64,000 bases of DNA, from positions 37,944,001-38,008,000 of the forward strand of contig OZ287752.1 of assembly GCA_965649765.1 (NCBI GenBank). The letters run 5' to 3'. Under the pieces are notes generated by a model. It searched no databases, had not been told where the DNA came from, and saw only the letters and a list, made by a program, of their open reading frames with translations. The DNA comes from Bispira polyomma (Eukaryota). Shown here piece by piece: positions 48,501-63,177 of this stretch (position 1 is its first letter; each line of letters starts with the position of its first letter). The translations under genes were made by a program, and so were the position numbers.

Positions 48501-50790
48501 GAGGAAGTTATTGGACAATTATTATGATAAGCAGTTAGTAGAATTATTGGAATTTGGTTTTCCTATTGATATGCAAGACCGGTCTTTTCTCACTCATCAA
48601 GGCAGTAACCATCCTTCAACAAGTTCTTACCCGGATTATACTGCACATTACTTAGACACTGAACATAAACATGGTGCTATTGAAGGTCCTTATGAGGCCC
48701 ACTCCCTTGGATAATTTGCATCTAATTTCACCTATGCTTACTCAGCATAAACCTAATTCTCTCAATCGGAGGCTGATAATTGACTTGTCCTGGCCTTGAA
48801 AACATTCTGTGAATGCTAGTATAGCTAAAAGTGTGTTTTTAGGTACTAATTTTGAGTTGACTTATCCCACAGTGGATCACATGGTAGATTACATACAACA
48901 GTGTGGGCCAGATTGTTACTTGTTTAAAGTGGACTCCCAACCGGCATTCAGGAACTTAAGGGTTGACCTATAATTAGTAATTATCACTTACTAGGTCTGT
49001 ATTGGCAACAGCAGTATTATATTGATAAGGCGGTCCCCTTTGGTTTAAGACATGGATCTCATTATTGCCAGAGAATGACTGACAGTATTCGGTTCTTTTA
49101 AAAAACCCATAGATATGTTGTTTTTAACTACATTGATGACATTATAGGTATTCATTCCTCTTATGATGAGGCTATGGCAGCTTACACATTCTTATTACAA
49201 TAGCTGGCTGATTTGGGCCTCCCAGTTAGTCCGGCCAAGTTGCAGCCCCCTAGTAAATGTATTACTTGCTTAGGACTTAACATTGATGTTGAAAAGGGTA
49301 CTATCAGTTTGCCACCAGATAAAATACTTGAAACTGAATTGTGTGTTGATTGGTTTAGTAGAAAGTTTGAAACCAAAAATCAAATTCAGAGTATTGCTGG
49401 TAAGCTATTGTACATTAGTAAGTGTGTCAGGCCTGCTAGATTATTCATCAATAGAATCTATTTCGCACTTGCCCAGAAAGAGGCAGGTTTAAGATAAGCA
49501 GTTTGTTCAGAGCAGATGTCAAGTGGTTTGTACAATTTCTAGAACAATTTAATGATGTTGTATTGTATGATACCCACAACAGCATAGTAACATTGGTTAT
49601 GTAGATGCTAGTTTGACTGGATTTGGGGCAGTATATCAAAACACTGGTTATCATGTAGAGTTGTCGACTATCAAGGATCCTCCTAAACGTATTGTTCACT
49701 TAAAAATGCTTAATGTGTTAATGGGTAAGGATGCTTATCTTAATACAGTAGCTCGACATATTTAATTACTTACGGCGTCACATGACATTACTTTGCAGGT
49801 TAGACATGTGGCGGGTGTTGATAATGTGGGGGCAGATCTGTTATCTAGATACTCAGACTTAGTCAAACGGGCACAATTTGATGCAAGTTTTCAGCAGTTG
49901 CAACTGCTGCAGGTCCCCTGTCATGCCACCTCCCTCACTTAGAATATTTAATGGTTACTATTAAATGATTGTGTATATGTTTGTGTTTACAGGTTCCACA
50001 CAGTTTAAATAATTACTGTCTTTGGCTTCCGCCAGGGCCAAAATGGCATATCAGCCCCAAACTAGGGCCTTGTATTATAGGGCTTTTTCCTTTATCTTCC
50101 TATTTCCTTTCCTATTATTTTCTTTAGCCTATTTAGAATAAGTAACTTGTTGTCACATACAGTGTTTCAATATGATTGTGAACGACTGTTATTGCGTCGT
50201 GATGTGCAGTTTTCAATCACCAGGTTTGATGATACAGGTTAGATGGACTGAAACCATAACTAGTGTGTTGTTACAGTTACCTTTTATTAACGGTTCTCCG
50301 CTTTTTCCAACACAAGCGGTTCAGCACATGTTTGATTGCTATCCGGCTTCTCCGGATGCACCACTTTTTGTATTACCTGGTTCACAAAGTCAGTACAAAA
50401 TTTTAACGGATGTCAAAGTGCATTATGTGTTAAAGGACATTTAGGAGGCCTTGGCCTCAATACTCATACTCTTGGTTTTCATGCATTCAGGCGTTTAGGG
50501 GCTTTCCTCCTGTTTCAAAATATAAATGTCCCCTTGCAGTGTCTTCAGCCACATGGAACTTGGACCTCAGATGCAGTTTGGGCTTACTTGCAAACTGGGG
50601 CCAATATTTCCATCACCCCTCAAGCTTTTCAGGCTATTCTATCTTGGGGGTGGTTGGGGTGGTTATTATTGTAGTATTAACTTTAAATAATCACATAATC
50701 TGTAATGGCGGTAGCCATTGGCTAATATTTGTGTGTAATAAAACCACAAACTGTCAGAGTGGTAGCATATTGGCTACTATTTGTATGTGA
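45560..50790 (+). mobile_element. Degenerate Ngaro/DIRS retrotransposon (gag, RT, RNase H, YR)
   Basis: gag-like ORFs 46071-46703 (YWPHD..VTYDEL, CIKFQLGTC...H..CAYC). RT: RRLIIDLSWP, AFRNLRVD, VPFGLRHGS, FNYIDDII. RNase H: VDASLTGFG, DNVGADLLSR. YR: FHAFRRLGA..HGTWTSDAVWAY. Boundaries are approximate. Confidence 0.88.
46673..46679 (+). promoter_or_regulatory. Candidate -1 ribosomal frameshift slippery heptamer A_AAA_AAC
   Basis: In phase with the gag frame (GCA AAA AAC). The -1 frame is open from here (KKRRRYLLAVNK...) into ORF 46694-47218. Confidence 0.6.
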
Positions 50791-51559
50791 TACTGTATAC
50801 GAAGGAATGCATGAAAAATAAACAAAATATACCAAAGGATATTGTGTTATATATTTGTGTTACTTCAGGTCAAAAATGGACTCGACTTTGGTCACTGAAG
50901 AAATACACAATTTTATATGAATAATACAGAGGTCTAGAAAGTTTACATTTAATATTGGTGTCATTGGGCAATTCCAATGACTTGAGAATATTGTAGTTTA
51001 TCTTTACCCAGTATCCTATGATACCAAGTTATTCTAAAGTGTAACATGCCGAGTTTGCTCCCTTCATTCTGATTGGTTGAAAATGATGCTAGAATCTGCA
51101 GTGGTCGCACAGCAACAACCAAGAGTGCTGTTTTTACTAGTAACATGATGTTATGTTTAATACAGCAAACTACAGGTAATACATTTGGTTGGTTATATTA
51201 CAATTTAAATAACCCATTCCAGACCATGGATATATTGGATATTTTTTACCACAAGTGGAAGAGTAGAATCACTTCATTGAGCTGGTGTGTTTTGCTATTA
51301 TGAACAGTGTACTTAATTTTTATTACCGAGGAAAAACAAAAGAGTCCTTGCCCAGGTTTTTATTTACTTTATTGTCCGTAAATATTGCAATAGGTAATAT
51401 AGAACAAATGATATTATGTAGGCTAGAAATATAGTTCCTAGGGCTTTGGGGGTGGTTCTCCTAAGCGATACTTTTGATATTTCTAATTTAGACACATTTT
51501 AATTAAATAACATAATAAAACAAATGGGTACCCAACATTATGTGACAATTCAACTAAAA

Positions 51560-51700
51560 ATTCAAGCATAGTTAAAAGATTTCACTTTTATCATAAGGGA
51601 TTATTGGGATAAACACCTTCCTGATTTAAAGTATGGGTTTTGCCTAGATTTCAATGAAACTTCATCACTACAAAAATTGCATACTTCAACCAACCCATTG
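51560..51700 (+). mobile_element. Remnant of a third Ngaro-like pol
   Basis: DYWDKHLPDL-KYGFCLDFNE resembles NYYDKQLVELLEFGFPID (48511) and NYLDWQLPLLIKYGF (33606). Confidence 0.55.
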
Positions 51701-52471
51701 ATTGATAGGCGGTTATGATAAAAATAAGCCACCTCTGTGTCTGTGGCACCATTAGTGACTTTAGGTGGACTCAATGACCTTCGCTAAATGCTGGCATATA
51801 CTGTCACTTTTTAGACAACAGTTTTCATTATATTTATATTAATGTTTATTGCCAATATTGCAGGTACTTCACAGGCCTTTTATTAACAAGCTTCTACAAA
51901 GTGGACCTGAGAATTAAATTTAGACTAGTATTACATGAATTATGCAGTAAAATTGTACATAGGTAGACTTATTTATTATTCTAGACAGCCTGTCAAGTAA
52001 TAAAATAACATGCAGACAAGTATCTTGCAAGTGGCCTGCTTTATTTCACAAAAGGTCAAGCTTGCTTAAAAAATTCCCAACAGAATGATGTAGCCTGTTT
52101 AGTTCTGAGATCTCCAAATGATTAAGCTTGTTATTGAATTTAACAAAGTCTTGAACTGGTTTAAAACTTTTGTAAAGCAGTTAAATAATGTTATGTACTA
52201 CATTGCTACAAGTAGTAAAGCTATTAATCACTTAGACAGTTGTAATAATTGGTCCATTGTACACTTGGAAGTTATAAATATTGTACTTAAAAATGTCGGC
52301 GTCCTTATGAAAAGAAATTGCCTTGACATTAAATGTATTAATGCTCTTCGTTTGGCAGAGTCAGAAATCCATTTATTTCTACCTGGACTAGAGATGTTTT
52401 TGGCTATTAGCACCAATGTATAATGCTCAACTGGTATCCTCATATGGTATCATAACATATGATATCATGAT

Positions 52472-52760
52472 CCTCTATGGTCTAGTGGTTAAGGTGTTGG
52501 TCTGACGATCAGAAGGTCCACCATTCTATCCTCGATCCCGGCTCCTAGTTTTATTCGGTGGGATAACATCCTTAGGCAAGATGTGAACACAAGTTTGCCT
52601 AGTAGCTGAGATGACCCCTTAAAATGGCAGTCCTCTGTCACTAAGTAATATCTAAAGAGGCAGATTAAAGATCCTTGGGTACATTGATAGATGGTCATCC
52701 TCAAGCACCTCTGTGCCATAGTGGCTGCCCATGACGAAGCGCTTTAGAGTAATATATATA
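52472..52760 (+). mobile_element. tRNA-derived SINE
   Basis: A-box TGGTCTAGTGG, degenerate B-box CTCGATCCC, then a CCTTAGGCAAG core. Confidence 0.6.
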
Positions 52761-53149
52761 AAGTGCTATATAAATGTTGTATAAGTAATAATAATAACAT
52801 GGTGGCTGATTTACTGTCAAATTTGGTCTAATATTACACATGGTTTTTACAGAATCAAAAGAGCATGTTCCACATTCATGTTGCCCACCTGGACCTTGTT
52901 TTAGTATTATTTTGTATTTGAGTTTCATTATATTTTAAGTATAACTACTGAATTCTGTTCAGCTGACAAATGTGTTTCTCAAATGATCACTTCAGATTTG
53001 CTGACTTGCATTACTTGCTTTACATTCTTTCAGTTTGTTACAATCAGTAACAAATATTGTAAATCAGATACGATTGCCATGTATGGCTTAAATGTTTAAG
53101 GTGTCGTTATTATTTGTATCAATTGCTTTTTCATAGCCCCATTACTTAT

Positions 53150-53465
53150 ATGAGGTTAAAGTGTCGGACTTTGGATCTGGAAGATTTGAGGGTCCCGGTT
53201 CGATCCTTGCAGCTGACCTAGTGCTTGTACCCTTGGTTAAGGTACCTCTCTACCCAGGTGTATAAATAGGTACCTGGCTACTAATTGGTGTTAGTCTTTG
53301 TGTGTTGTATGTGGCAGCACAGCTCCTAAGCTTCCTGAGGAAGCTAAGACTGAACAATTGGTTGACAAGTGGAAGAACGCAGGCTGGGGTAATAATGTCA
53401 AAGGGTAAATCATGTCGATTATGTGATGTTCATAATGCGCTATTTCAAATGAATAATTATTATTT
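53150..53465 (+). mobile_element. tRNA-derived SINE
   Basis: B-box GGTTCGATCC, a CTCTACCCAGGTGTATAAATAGGTACC core and an (ATT)n tail. Confidence 0.6.
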
Positions 53466-55779
53466 TATGTGAAGTTAATTGCATACCTCTTTGCACATTT
53501 ATCAGAATTTACATATGTATCTTAGAGAAGTGAAAAAATTATGTTGTGTTTGCAAATGTAACACGTAAATTTAATGTTTTTCGATTTTGTTTAGTATTAG
53601 AATAGCATTTTAATAATGAAAGTAATATGTTTTATATGGTGACTTTATCTATACACCGCTGAATAGACTAATTACACTGGCTTACAGTAGTTTGCTAGCA
53701 TATCCACTTTGTTTACTGACTTCGTGTAGAATATCTTGAATACTATCATATACCATGCCATATACAATTTCTTGTATCTTTTTTTCTAATAGATGTTTAC
53801 ATGCATTAGGGATGCTATGAATTTTCTAAACTTCAACATTAACTTAATTAAAAAATAAGGGAGTGTCCAACAACACAGCCAATTTGTCAATAATGAAGCG
53901 ATCAATGTAAACAAAACAGGTCTCACCATAAATAGCATTTGCCCTAACAAAAATTTAACAAGCTAAATATATTATTATTAAGGTTATCACGAAATTACTG
54001 TGATGCTTTCTATATATGCAAAATTGATACAACAAAATAAAGGCCAATGCAAAGTATTCAAAATTTAGGTTTGCAAATTTGAAAAAGGGTTTGATGAAAC
54101 CTTTAGAAGGGACAATGTGCGAAATGAAAAAGCCTTTACTAAGATATTTAGAATTATTAGGAAGGATAGACACTTGGACAGGACACACTTCATATTGTAA
54201 ACAGTTTGGAAAATTGTTACAATAATTTTGTGGATTATCTATACTTTTATGAACACCTTAATTATGGAGCCTCTGCGAATAGATTCCAAAATATTTGTCA
54301 ACTGATAGTAAATATGTAAATTACCTACAAAGCATGGGCATATTTCAAAAATATGAAAAAGTTAGCAACAGAGCAGCTACTATAAGCAACGTTTACAAAT
54401 CTGACACGGCTATTTACTATATACTATACAATGGCAAATATACGTCAGTATTTTCAAATAATGATATTTATTTAATTAAGTACTTTTAGATTAGCCATAA
54501 GTTTTAATATTGGGTAGTGCTATTGTATTAATCAATATACAACCACAGACTAAATGAAAAGACAGTGTTTTGTTTGTTATAGCTGCAGTGTAAGATTTGT
54601 TGACTTTTGCTTATGGTAACTGCTTTTTCCCTCACCAAATCCAGGTGAGCACATTAGACATTTAAGATTAGTATGACTGCTACACCATTATGAGGCAAAT
54701 TTTCATTTGTTTGGACTAATTTGGCTGGGTTTTACGTCACTTTCAACAGCTTAGGTCATATCACAATGGCCAGTTTCAACGGTTTATGGTTTCTTACAAG
54801 TGCTGAAGCACTGTAGACCACTGACCTACGGCAAGTAATTGACAAACTTTTGTACAGGAAGTGTTAGGTTGGCCATATAGTTCACAGTGACATGTATTAC
54901 CCAAGTTAACAATACAAACATTATTTTTTCAATTGCCTAAAAAATTGTCGGTTTGTCCATCTAGTTAACAGTGGTATGATACAAAAGTTAACAATACAAA
55001 CATTGTTTCTAAATTGTTTTATTCTTTACCAAGGGTTCAAGAATTATACCCTATGGTGATTTATAAATTTATAATATTAAGGGCTTCAAAATATTGTAAA
55101 GTATTCGGGTGGCAGATGATTGGAACGTTTTTTCCAAATTTTCTGTGATTAATGTTAATGTTTTTACTTCTATAGTGCCACAATCGATGACCAGGCATCC
55201 TCTGTGGTGCATATCCTAGTAAGTGTGCAAGATCAAAAACGTTCATGATCATAGATTCAGTCGTGACCATCAGATGCATGCTAGGGTGGGAAAGCGAGCT
55301 GATACAGATTTGTTTTGAGCCTTTCTCTGAAACCCATGAAGACTGGTAGAGAGCCAATTCCACTCAGCAGGTACTGCAACTAGGAATGATTTTGAACCCG
55401 CTTGTTTTTTTTTGGTAGGAAACCAGAGGTGGAGAGATGATTGCCTCTGGTGAGATTGCTAGGAGACAGCATAGATGATAAATAGGCAAGTTGATGTACA
55501 TGAACTGTCTTAAAAATGAGGACAATTACCTTAATACAAAATTCAATAGGTAACCAATGTAATTGTTTCAGCAGGGGAGTAGTGTGAGTGTGAGGGCCAG
55601 CATGGCTTACTATTCTGCACAGGTTATTTTTTCTGTAGTTTGTTTATTAGGCCCTTTCCAATGCTATATAGTAGTAAGTTTCAGTAATCTAGTCGACTTG
55701 ATACCAGGACATTTGCCACTGCAATGGCATTTTCCTTGCCATTAAATGTCGTCGAAAATCACGGATATTGCTGTAGCAG

Positions 55780-56840
55780 GAACGACAGATATTCGAGACA
55801 TGTTTTTTGAAGGAGAAGTCAGAGTCAAAAGTAACTAGGTTTTTCGCACTGTCAGCAGGAACAGTGCTGTTACCAAGAAGTCAAGAACCTTTTCCCTCTG
55901 ATGTTTGGAGCCAATAAGTAGAAATTCTGTTTTGTTAGGGTTGAGTTACAATTGTGAATTACTCATCTAAGATTTAATCAAGATAAGCAGCTAGCAAGCT
56001 CTTCCAGGATCTGAGAACAATTTTTGGGAGCGAGGGAGCAGTAGATCTGTGTGTCGTCTGCATATTGTGATGTGAGGATATAATACTTGCGAGGGGAGTA
56101 GTGTACAGTGAAAACAGAAGGGGCCCTAGGACAGAACCTTGAGGGACACCAAAAGGGAGATCAGAGGGAGATGATTTGGCACCGTTGACCCTGATGATTT
56201 GATCATGACATTTGAGATAGGATTCAATCCATTGAAGAACCGAGTCAGATAGCCCAAACCAAGAATTAAGGCATTCAGAAAGTATTTTGTGGTCAATTGT
56301 GTCAAATGCTGCGGGCAAATCGAGGAAGGTGAGAGCAGCCACACCACTACTATTTAAGATCAAATTGATGTCACTGCTAATTTTTAGAAGTGCTGTTTCA
56401 GTTGAATGGAATTTTCTGTAGGCTGACTGATGTGTAGTTCCCATATGGTTGGTGTACAGATGTTCATTTATTTGGAGAGCGACAGCTATTAATTTTGAGA
56501 CAAAGCTTAGATTTGATACTGGTTTGTAATTTTGGAGGTTATTTCTGTCTAGATTTGGCTTTTTGAGTATGGGGGCTACATTGGCATTTCTGAACGATTT
56601 GGGGAAGCAGTCTTCTTGGAGTGAGTAGTTTATAATGTTTGTGATTGGAGTTAATAGGATATCTGTACAATCCTTCAGTAAGAAAGTTAGAATTGGGTCT
56701 AGGTCACATTGTTTGAAAGGGGATGAAGTAATGATTTTGAGGACTTCATCTCTGCTGAGTGTTCTGAACTTTTTTAAGGTAGCTGGTTTGTGTGGTGGAG
56801 TTGGGGTGTTGAGAGAGTTGGATGCTTTGAAAGCAATTAA
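55780..56840 (-). mobile_element. L2/CR1-clade LINE RT fragment (pseudogene)
   Basis: HQSAYRKFHSTETALL, LDLPAAFDTIDH, GVPQGSVLGPLLFSLYT; frameshifted at YADD. Confidence 0.9.
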
Positions 56841-59800
56841 CCACTGATATATATGAATTAGTTAAATGTTTTCATATAACTATAAAGACAGTTACAAGAG
56901 CTTTCTAACAAGCTATAACAAATGGTGACCCATCCTTCAAATAACAAACTGTAACACTTTTGGTTAGTGAAATGTCAAGTGGCAAATAGTTGGAACGATT
57001 GCCGTTTACAGGAAGTTGAGGAACACAGTGTATTGATTTTTTAGATGTTGACTGAAAATCGTGCCACCTAGCGAGTTATCTTATCATTATCTGATATTGA
57101 TGTATATGAGCCCATATTGCAAAGTGGTGCTTGGTGGCCCATATTGGAGCATTGTAGCTCTGTTGATATTATTTATGATTTACCAAGTGGACAAAAAAAA
57201 ATATCCTTTCACACAAAATTAAAAAATAATACTTTTTGGAGGCTGTATAATTAACACTTCTGTTATATTTAATTGCTATTAAGTATGTGTAATATAATGT
57301 GATAGTTTGTTGGGTGTGACTTTGTAATGTTTATACAGTATATTATATGGTGTTTGTTATTAGACAGGCCAAGCAACATTATTCTTTATCACCAATGTTG
57401 ACCAACATAAAAGTTATGAAAGTAGTCTGCATAAGTACTGTGATATGATTTTAATCTAGACTTTGAACATAAAACTAGGGAGAAAAATACTTTAGGCTGC
57501 ATATGTTGGAAACCGATTGTTATCACTTTTTTCGCTTATTGTATTAAAATATTTTACCAGTTGTTTACTTGCTTTCATTGTGGAGTTAATTTGACTAGTT
57601 TAGTTTATTGTGGGTTTCCACTTTAACTCTAATATGTTTGCCACCACGGACCAACCTAGGGTGACCAGAACCGCAGACTTTCCAGGGGATGAAATGTCAG
57701 TGGACAGGAATAACAAAACACTTTCAAAGATATCAATGTTAAAAAAGAAACCGACCACTCAAAATAATGTTTATTAAATATTATTCCAGAACTTGACTAA
57801 TAATTTAACAAACATGCAATGAACTATAGATTCATAATTACTGTACTTTAATTCTAACTGTTAACTAAGTCTATCCCCAACATGACTTGATTCTACACAC
57901 ACGAGAAAAATCACATTACCTCACGCTGTTGAACTTGAAGTTACCACCACCACAGACAGATCTCAGTAGCTTGCTCTGTCGAACTCAAGGTTTCACCACC
58001 ACCAATGATCTAATTAGAGGCTCCAATGTCAGTGCACACCAACTCAGGGTGACCAGAACCGTGAACTTTCCAGGGGACGAGATGTCAGTGGACAGAATAA
58101 CAAAATGCTTGACTAAAAACCTCTATTCTTTCTTAGCTACAGCATACCGTGACTCGTAGTTCAGCACTTCCAACAATGACGTCAGATTTCAAAACTGGAA
58201 ACAACACCTGAAAGTTACAATAACGTATTTGTAAATGCCTGATCTAAATGATCAATGTCCTAAAATAAATATAAATAAATAACTATTACTAATTTTACAT
58301 ATCACAGTAAATTGAACTAACATTTTGTAACAACTATATAAATAAATTAAGATTAAATAAAAGGTATAATCTAAATTTATATTTTATACCAAGTTAAACT
58401 GTAATAACTAATGTAATTAATATTCGATCTACTAAATGTGACCAAATCAAAATACTGATCAAAGAGATTTTAAATAATTAAAACCTAAGTTATGAAAATT
58501 ACAAACTACATTCTAAAATGACCTGAGTAATACAAATTATGACAATCTAGCTAATATATTATGACTAAATTACAGTACTAAATTAATCTACATGCATATA
58601 AATCTATAACCATGAATTAGTACTTAAGCAATTAATATTAGGTAATAACCACTGTCTGTCTATAGCAAATATAAAATATATAAATAATGATTTACTTGAT
58701 TTTGAACATTACCATTAAACAGGTTATTACTATACTAAGATGTAAAAGGTAAAAAGGATAATTTATAAAATATGAACTGTCTACATTACTCAGTTATTTT
58801 AACAATCACACACACTCATACTGAATCATAACAAACCTGCAAACAATCCCTGTTATATAAACACTACTTTTTCTACATCACAAGTCACATCAACAGACAA
58901 TCAACACCATACCGCAGCAGCACGACCATACTCAAATAATAATTCAAAGATAATGACAATAATCGCCCTTTCTGTTAATTTTCGGAAAAACCAACTTTCT
59001 CTCTAAACTTTCTCTCTTTTCCCCATGACAAATTTTGGAGATCGCGATATGACAAATGCTGTTAAAAGCGACCTAAAACCCTAATAAATTCAAATACATA
59101 CCATCCAATTTATTGCACCAATAATAATGTTCCAAGTTTTCAAAACAAATATTTAACCTGAAAATTACTTTTGAAATGAATTTCCTCATATCAAGGGCAT
59201 TTTTACATGTTGTGGGGTTAAATAAAAATATGATTTATAAGCAGAACAATTACAATCAAATTACAGCCATAATAAATATAGGCAAAGGTGTACTTATTAC
59301 AACATGAGAGTAATGCCTTTAAATAATATAAAATACTGATATATTTGTAGTTTTATCTCCATTGCATTTTTAATAGATCTAAAATGACTGTTCCTGCATT
59401 GTTAAACATTACTCTTTCGGGAAAATTACTTCAAAGTTGTTTTTAAATTACTCAATTTGACCTCCTCCAGATATCTCTCATTAAAAATTAACAACTGATA
59501 TTGCCCATGTATTTTTAATCACAAGATAACACTGTAATTGTTTTCTATCAAAGCAACATTCTGGTTACAAAGTTCAAATACAGTGTAATTATATCGCAGT
59601 GATTAATAATACCTTAAATTCTGGCAAATATGTATAGCCTTTTACCTGCATCACATCCAAACACCGTCACACAATGTCAGGCATCGATGCGAGAAATGTC
59701 AGATTCATGCAAAAAATTAAAATTTCCAAGTCCAGCCCAGTTATTACCCCAAATTACCTCACTTTAACCGTCAGACTATTACGGTGAGCGTCCCCTACCA

Positions 59801-60089
59801 TATGCTGCTTTTCCTGTCCATCACTAAATTTTACTATATGTTACTGAATGTCATACAAATTTTACTTCACTTTCCCTTTTTCCCCGTTAACCAGTCATGA
59901 TCCTTCAGTGAAATTTACATGCTGCCCCTGTAAGTGTCCTTGCATCAGCTTCCGTCATTTGAAGTAACCATTTCAATCCGTTGCCAAAAGCCAGGAACCA
60001 TTGCACACTGTTGCATTTTGTCCCAAACATCAAGAAATGCTGTTACTAACATTTTTCCCCGGCTCCTCTTCCCCATACTTCCCTATAAC

Positions 60090-61993
60090 CATAAGGTTAT
60101 GGGCCTCCATAAACAAAATTCTACATGGAACATCAGACAAAGTTCTCCCCATAAACCACTGCCTTACTTTTTTAGCAGAAAAATTTGGAAAATTTTTTAT
60201 AGAAAAAATCAGCAACATTCGTGACGCCTTCCCAACGATACATCACTTCTATCCTCCAGCCCCAGGATATAAGGTTTGTAACCTGTTTCATTTTAGTACA
60301 CTGTCAGAGCTTTAAGTTCTGAAACTCATCAATTCCTCTACTATTAAATCTTGTGAATTAGATCCCATCCCAGCAGTTATTCTGAGTCAATGTCTTGACA
60401 TTCTAGTCACACCCATAACAAACATATTAAATTTTTCTCTTCGGGATGGTGTTTTTCCCACCTGTTTCAAGACGGCAAATGTAACTCCCTTGATTAAAAA
60501 ACAAGGGCTTGATAAAAACCAGCTCAAAAACTACAGACCGGTGTCAAACCTCAGCTTCGTCTTAAAAGTTATCGAGAAAGCTGTAGCTAAACAAATTTCT
60601 GACTACCTTAATAGACAAAACATTGAAAATCGCCACCAGTCTGCTTATAGAAAATTTCACTCTACAGAAAGTACCCTTTTTCCATCAGCAATGCTATCAC
60701 TCTTGCACTGGACTGCAATGACACAGTGGCCCTCACCCTTCTGGATCTTTCAGCTGCATTTGACACTATTGATCATGTCCTGCTCTGCGACACTCTCAAG
60801 CAATGGTTCGGTATAAATGGCAGTGTCCTTAAATGGATCTGATCCTACCTTACTCTTAGGGCACAAAGAATTAAACTAGATGATCACCTATCATCTTATA
60901 TAAAGCTTCCATATGGAGTACCCCAGGGATCCGTCCTTGGCCCTCTACTTTTCACCCTTTATACACATCCTCTCAGCACTGTCATCAATAAACACAATAT
61001 AAAACATCACATGTATGCAGATGACACTCAAGTCTATCTCTCCCTCAATCCACAAAATGCAAATACTAACATAGACCTACTTGCAGACTGTCTGTCTGAT
61101 GTCCAGGCGTGGATGAACTACTCCAAACTAAAGCTTAACCCTGACAAAACAGAATTCATCCTCATAGGAAACAAGAAAAACAGTGAACTCCTAAAATCTT
61201 TGTTTCCCATCTCCCTGCTGGGAAAAGACATACTACCTTCCGAAAATGCTAAAAACCTGGGTGTCACTTTTGATTCAGCTTTTTCGTTCGATACTCATAT
61301 TGCCAACATCTGTCGCTCCTGCTATTACCACATACGTGACATCAAAAGAATCAGAAACCACTTGTCCATGGATACAGCGATAACTGTGGCAAATGCCCTT
61401 TTGAGTAGCCGCCTCGACTACTGCAATTCTCTCTTGTACAGAGCAAGTCACACATTAAAAAGCTCCAGTCCATCCAAAACTACCTATGTAGGGTCATTTT
61501 TCGCCTGGGTTGTCGCACAGACGTCACTTCTTACCTCAAAAAATTACACTGGCTGCCCATTAAATCTCGAATTTTGTTTAAGATTTACGTTACCACTTTT
61601 AAGGCTGTAGTCACTCAACAGCCACCCTACCTTGCCTCCCTTCTTTCCTTCAGTAACCGCACGAGAGGCAACAGACTCTCCGTCACTTCGGTCAGACCAA
61701 TCAGAAAGGCGGGTTTCAGAGCGTTCTCCACTGCAGCTCCACGGTTATGGAACAGTCTCCCAGTTGACCTCAGATCAGTTGACACACTTATCGGTTTTAG
61801 GAAAAAGCTTAAAACCTATCTTTTTAATCTTGCCTATCCACCTTAGCTTTCCTCGTGCACGTTCCCACTTCCCTCCTGACGACTTTGCAATTTCCATGGA
61901 CTTAATGATTGGACTAATGATTCTGCTGTTGAGCTTTAGAAGATGCCTAGCATCAATAAAGTGCGTTAAAAATCTATAATAATAATAATAATA
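60090..61993 (+). mobile_element. 5'-truncated L2/CR1-clade LINE with (AAT)n tail
   Basis: NYRPVSNLSF, QSAYRKFHSTE, GVPQGSVLGP, MYADDTQVY, SRLDYCNSLL, LKTYLFNLAYPP*, then a 3' UTR and ATA-repeat tail at 61976-61993. Several frameshifts. Confidence 0.93.
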
Positions 61994-62212
61994 ACCATTT
62001 CCCTACCTCTGCCTAAGAGGCCAAATTTGCCAGAACTTCCCCACCTGTCAGACACTTTCTTTATTTCCATAACCCTCAACTCACTTTCCTGCAAGTCTGT
62101 AAAAGTTGAATCAATTCACTGAGACAGCACATTTTTCCAGTCACGTAGCATAATCCACATAAAAAGGCAGCCACTTTTTGGGGCATTTACATTTTGGCAG
62201 AGACAGGAATAC

Positions 62213-62985
62213 ATGATGGATAGACAAATGCAATTGTTTCTACATGCTAATGCTGCTGTACTTGCAGGACACCAAAACATGGGCATGATGCTGTGGTTAT
62301 GGATGATTGTTGCAGGCGCCAGGAGAAGGAGGTTACAAAGAAAACCTTGGACTAGATGTTGGATACTCGAGAGACCTAGATATGGTCTGTATGAGAACTT
62401 ACTTGGGGACTTAGAGAGGAATGACCCTGTATCTTACAGGAACTTCACAATATGCACACCAGACTTAGTCCAGTTCATATTACAGAGAATCACACCACGT
62501 ATCCAAAGAACTGCAAACAACTTCAGACCTCCTGGCAAGCCAGCAGCACGGTTAGAACCAGGCCTCATGCTGGCTGTAAGATATCTGGCCTCTGGCAGTA
62601 TGTACAGTGACATACAGTATGGTTTCAGGCTACCATCCAACACCATATCTGAAGTTGTAAGGGAGGTATTGAAACTCTTGTTGATGACCTCTGGGATGAG
62701 ATCATCTAAACACCAGCGACACAGGCTGAATGGCATGCAGTATCAGCCGAATACAAGTGAAAATGGAACTTCCACCACACACTTGGTGCTTTTGATTGTA
62801 AACATGTTCCTATCATCAAGCCACTTCATGCTGGATTTGAATTGTAAAATTACACGAAGTGTTCAACTCCATTATCATACTAGCAATTGTAGACGCCAAG
62901 TACTGGTTCATATGGTTAGATATTGGTACCAATGGTTCAGCAGCTGATGCTGAGATCTGGAACAACAGACATCTAAAGTTAAGGC
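62213..62985 (+). pseudogene. PIF/Harbinger transposase (HARBI1-like), frameshifted and truncated
   Basis: WILER..YGLYENLL, LAVRYLASG..YSDIQYGFR. In shifted frames: WNFHHTLGAFDCKHVPI (DGKH motif mutated) and SIIILAIVDAKYWFIWLDIGTNGSAADAEIW. Confidence 0.85.
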
Positions 62986-63177
62986 TCAGCACAGTTAATC
63001 AGTTAATCAGGTTGGACCACTCCCTGTAAACTGTAATTTCATGAATAACCTCATTTAATGTGCTTGCATGATGCATATGGTTTCTAATAACAAGTAATGT
63101 AGACTATATCCTCAGACTTTTTTTTTTGTTTCCTTTATTATGGTATATCTGAAGCACCAGGCCTTGCAAGTAACATG

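Noticed and set aside
52472-53220. tRNA genes
   Set aside because: A/B-box-like motifs are present, but there is no complete cloverleaf and SINE bodies follow.
62040-62110. Minus-strand ...VSDR|gt as candidate WDFY2 exon 1
   Set aside because: The upstream peptide (ESELRVMEIKK) does not resemble the WDFY N-terminus, and the donor is weak.
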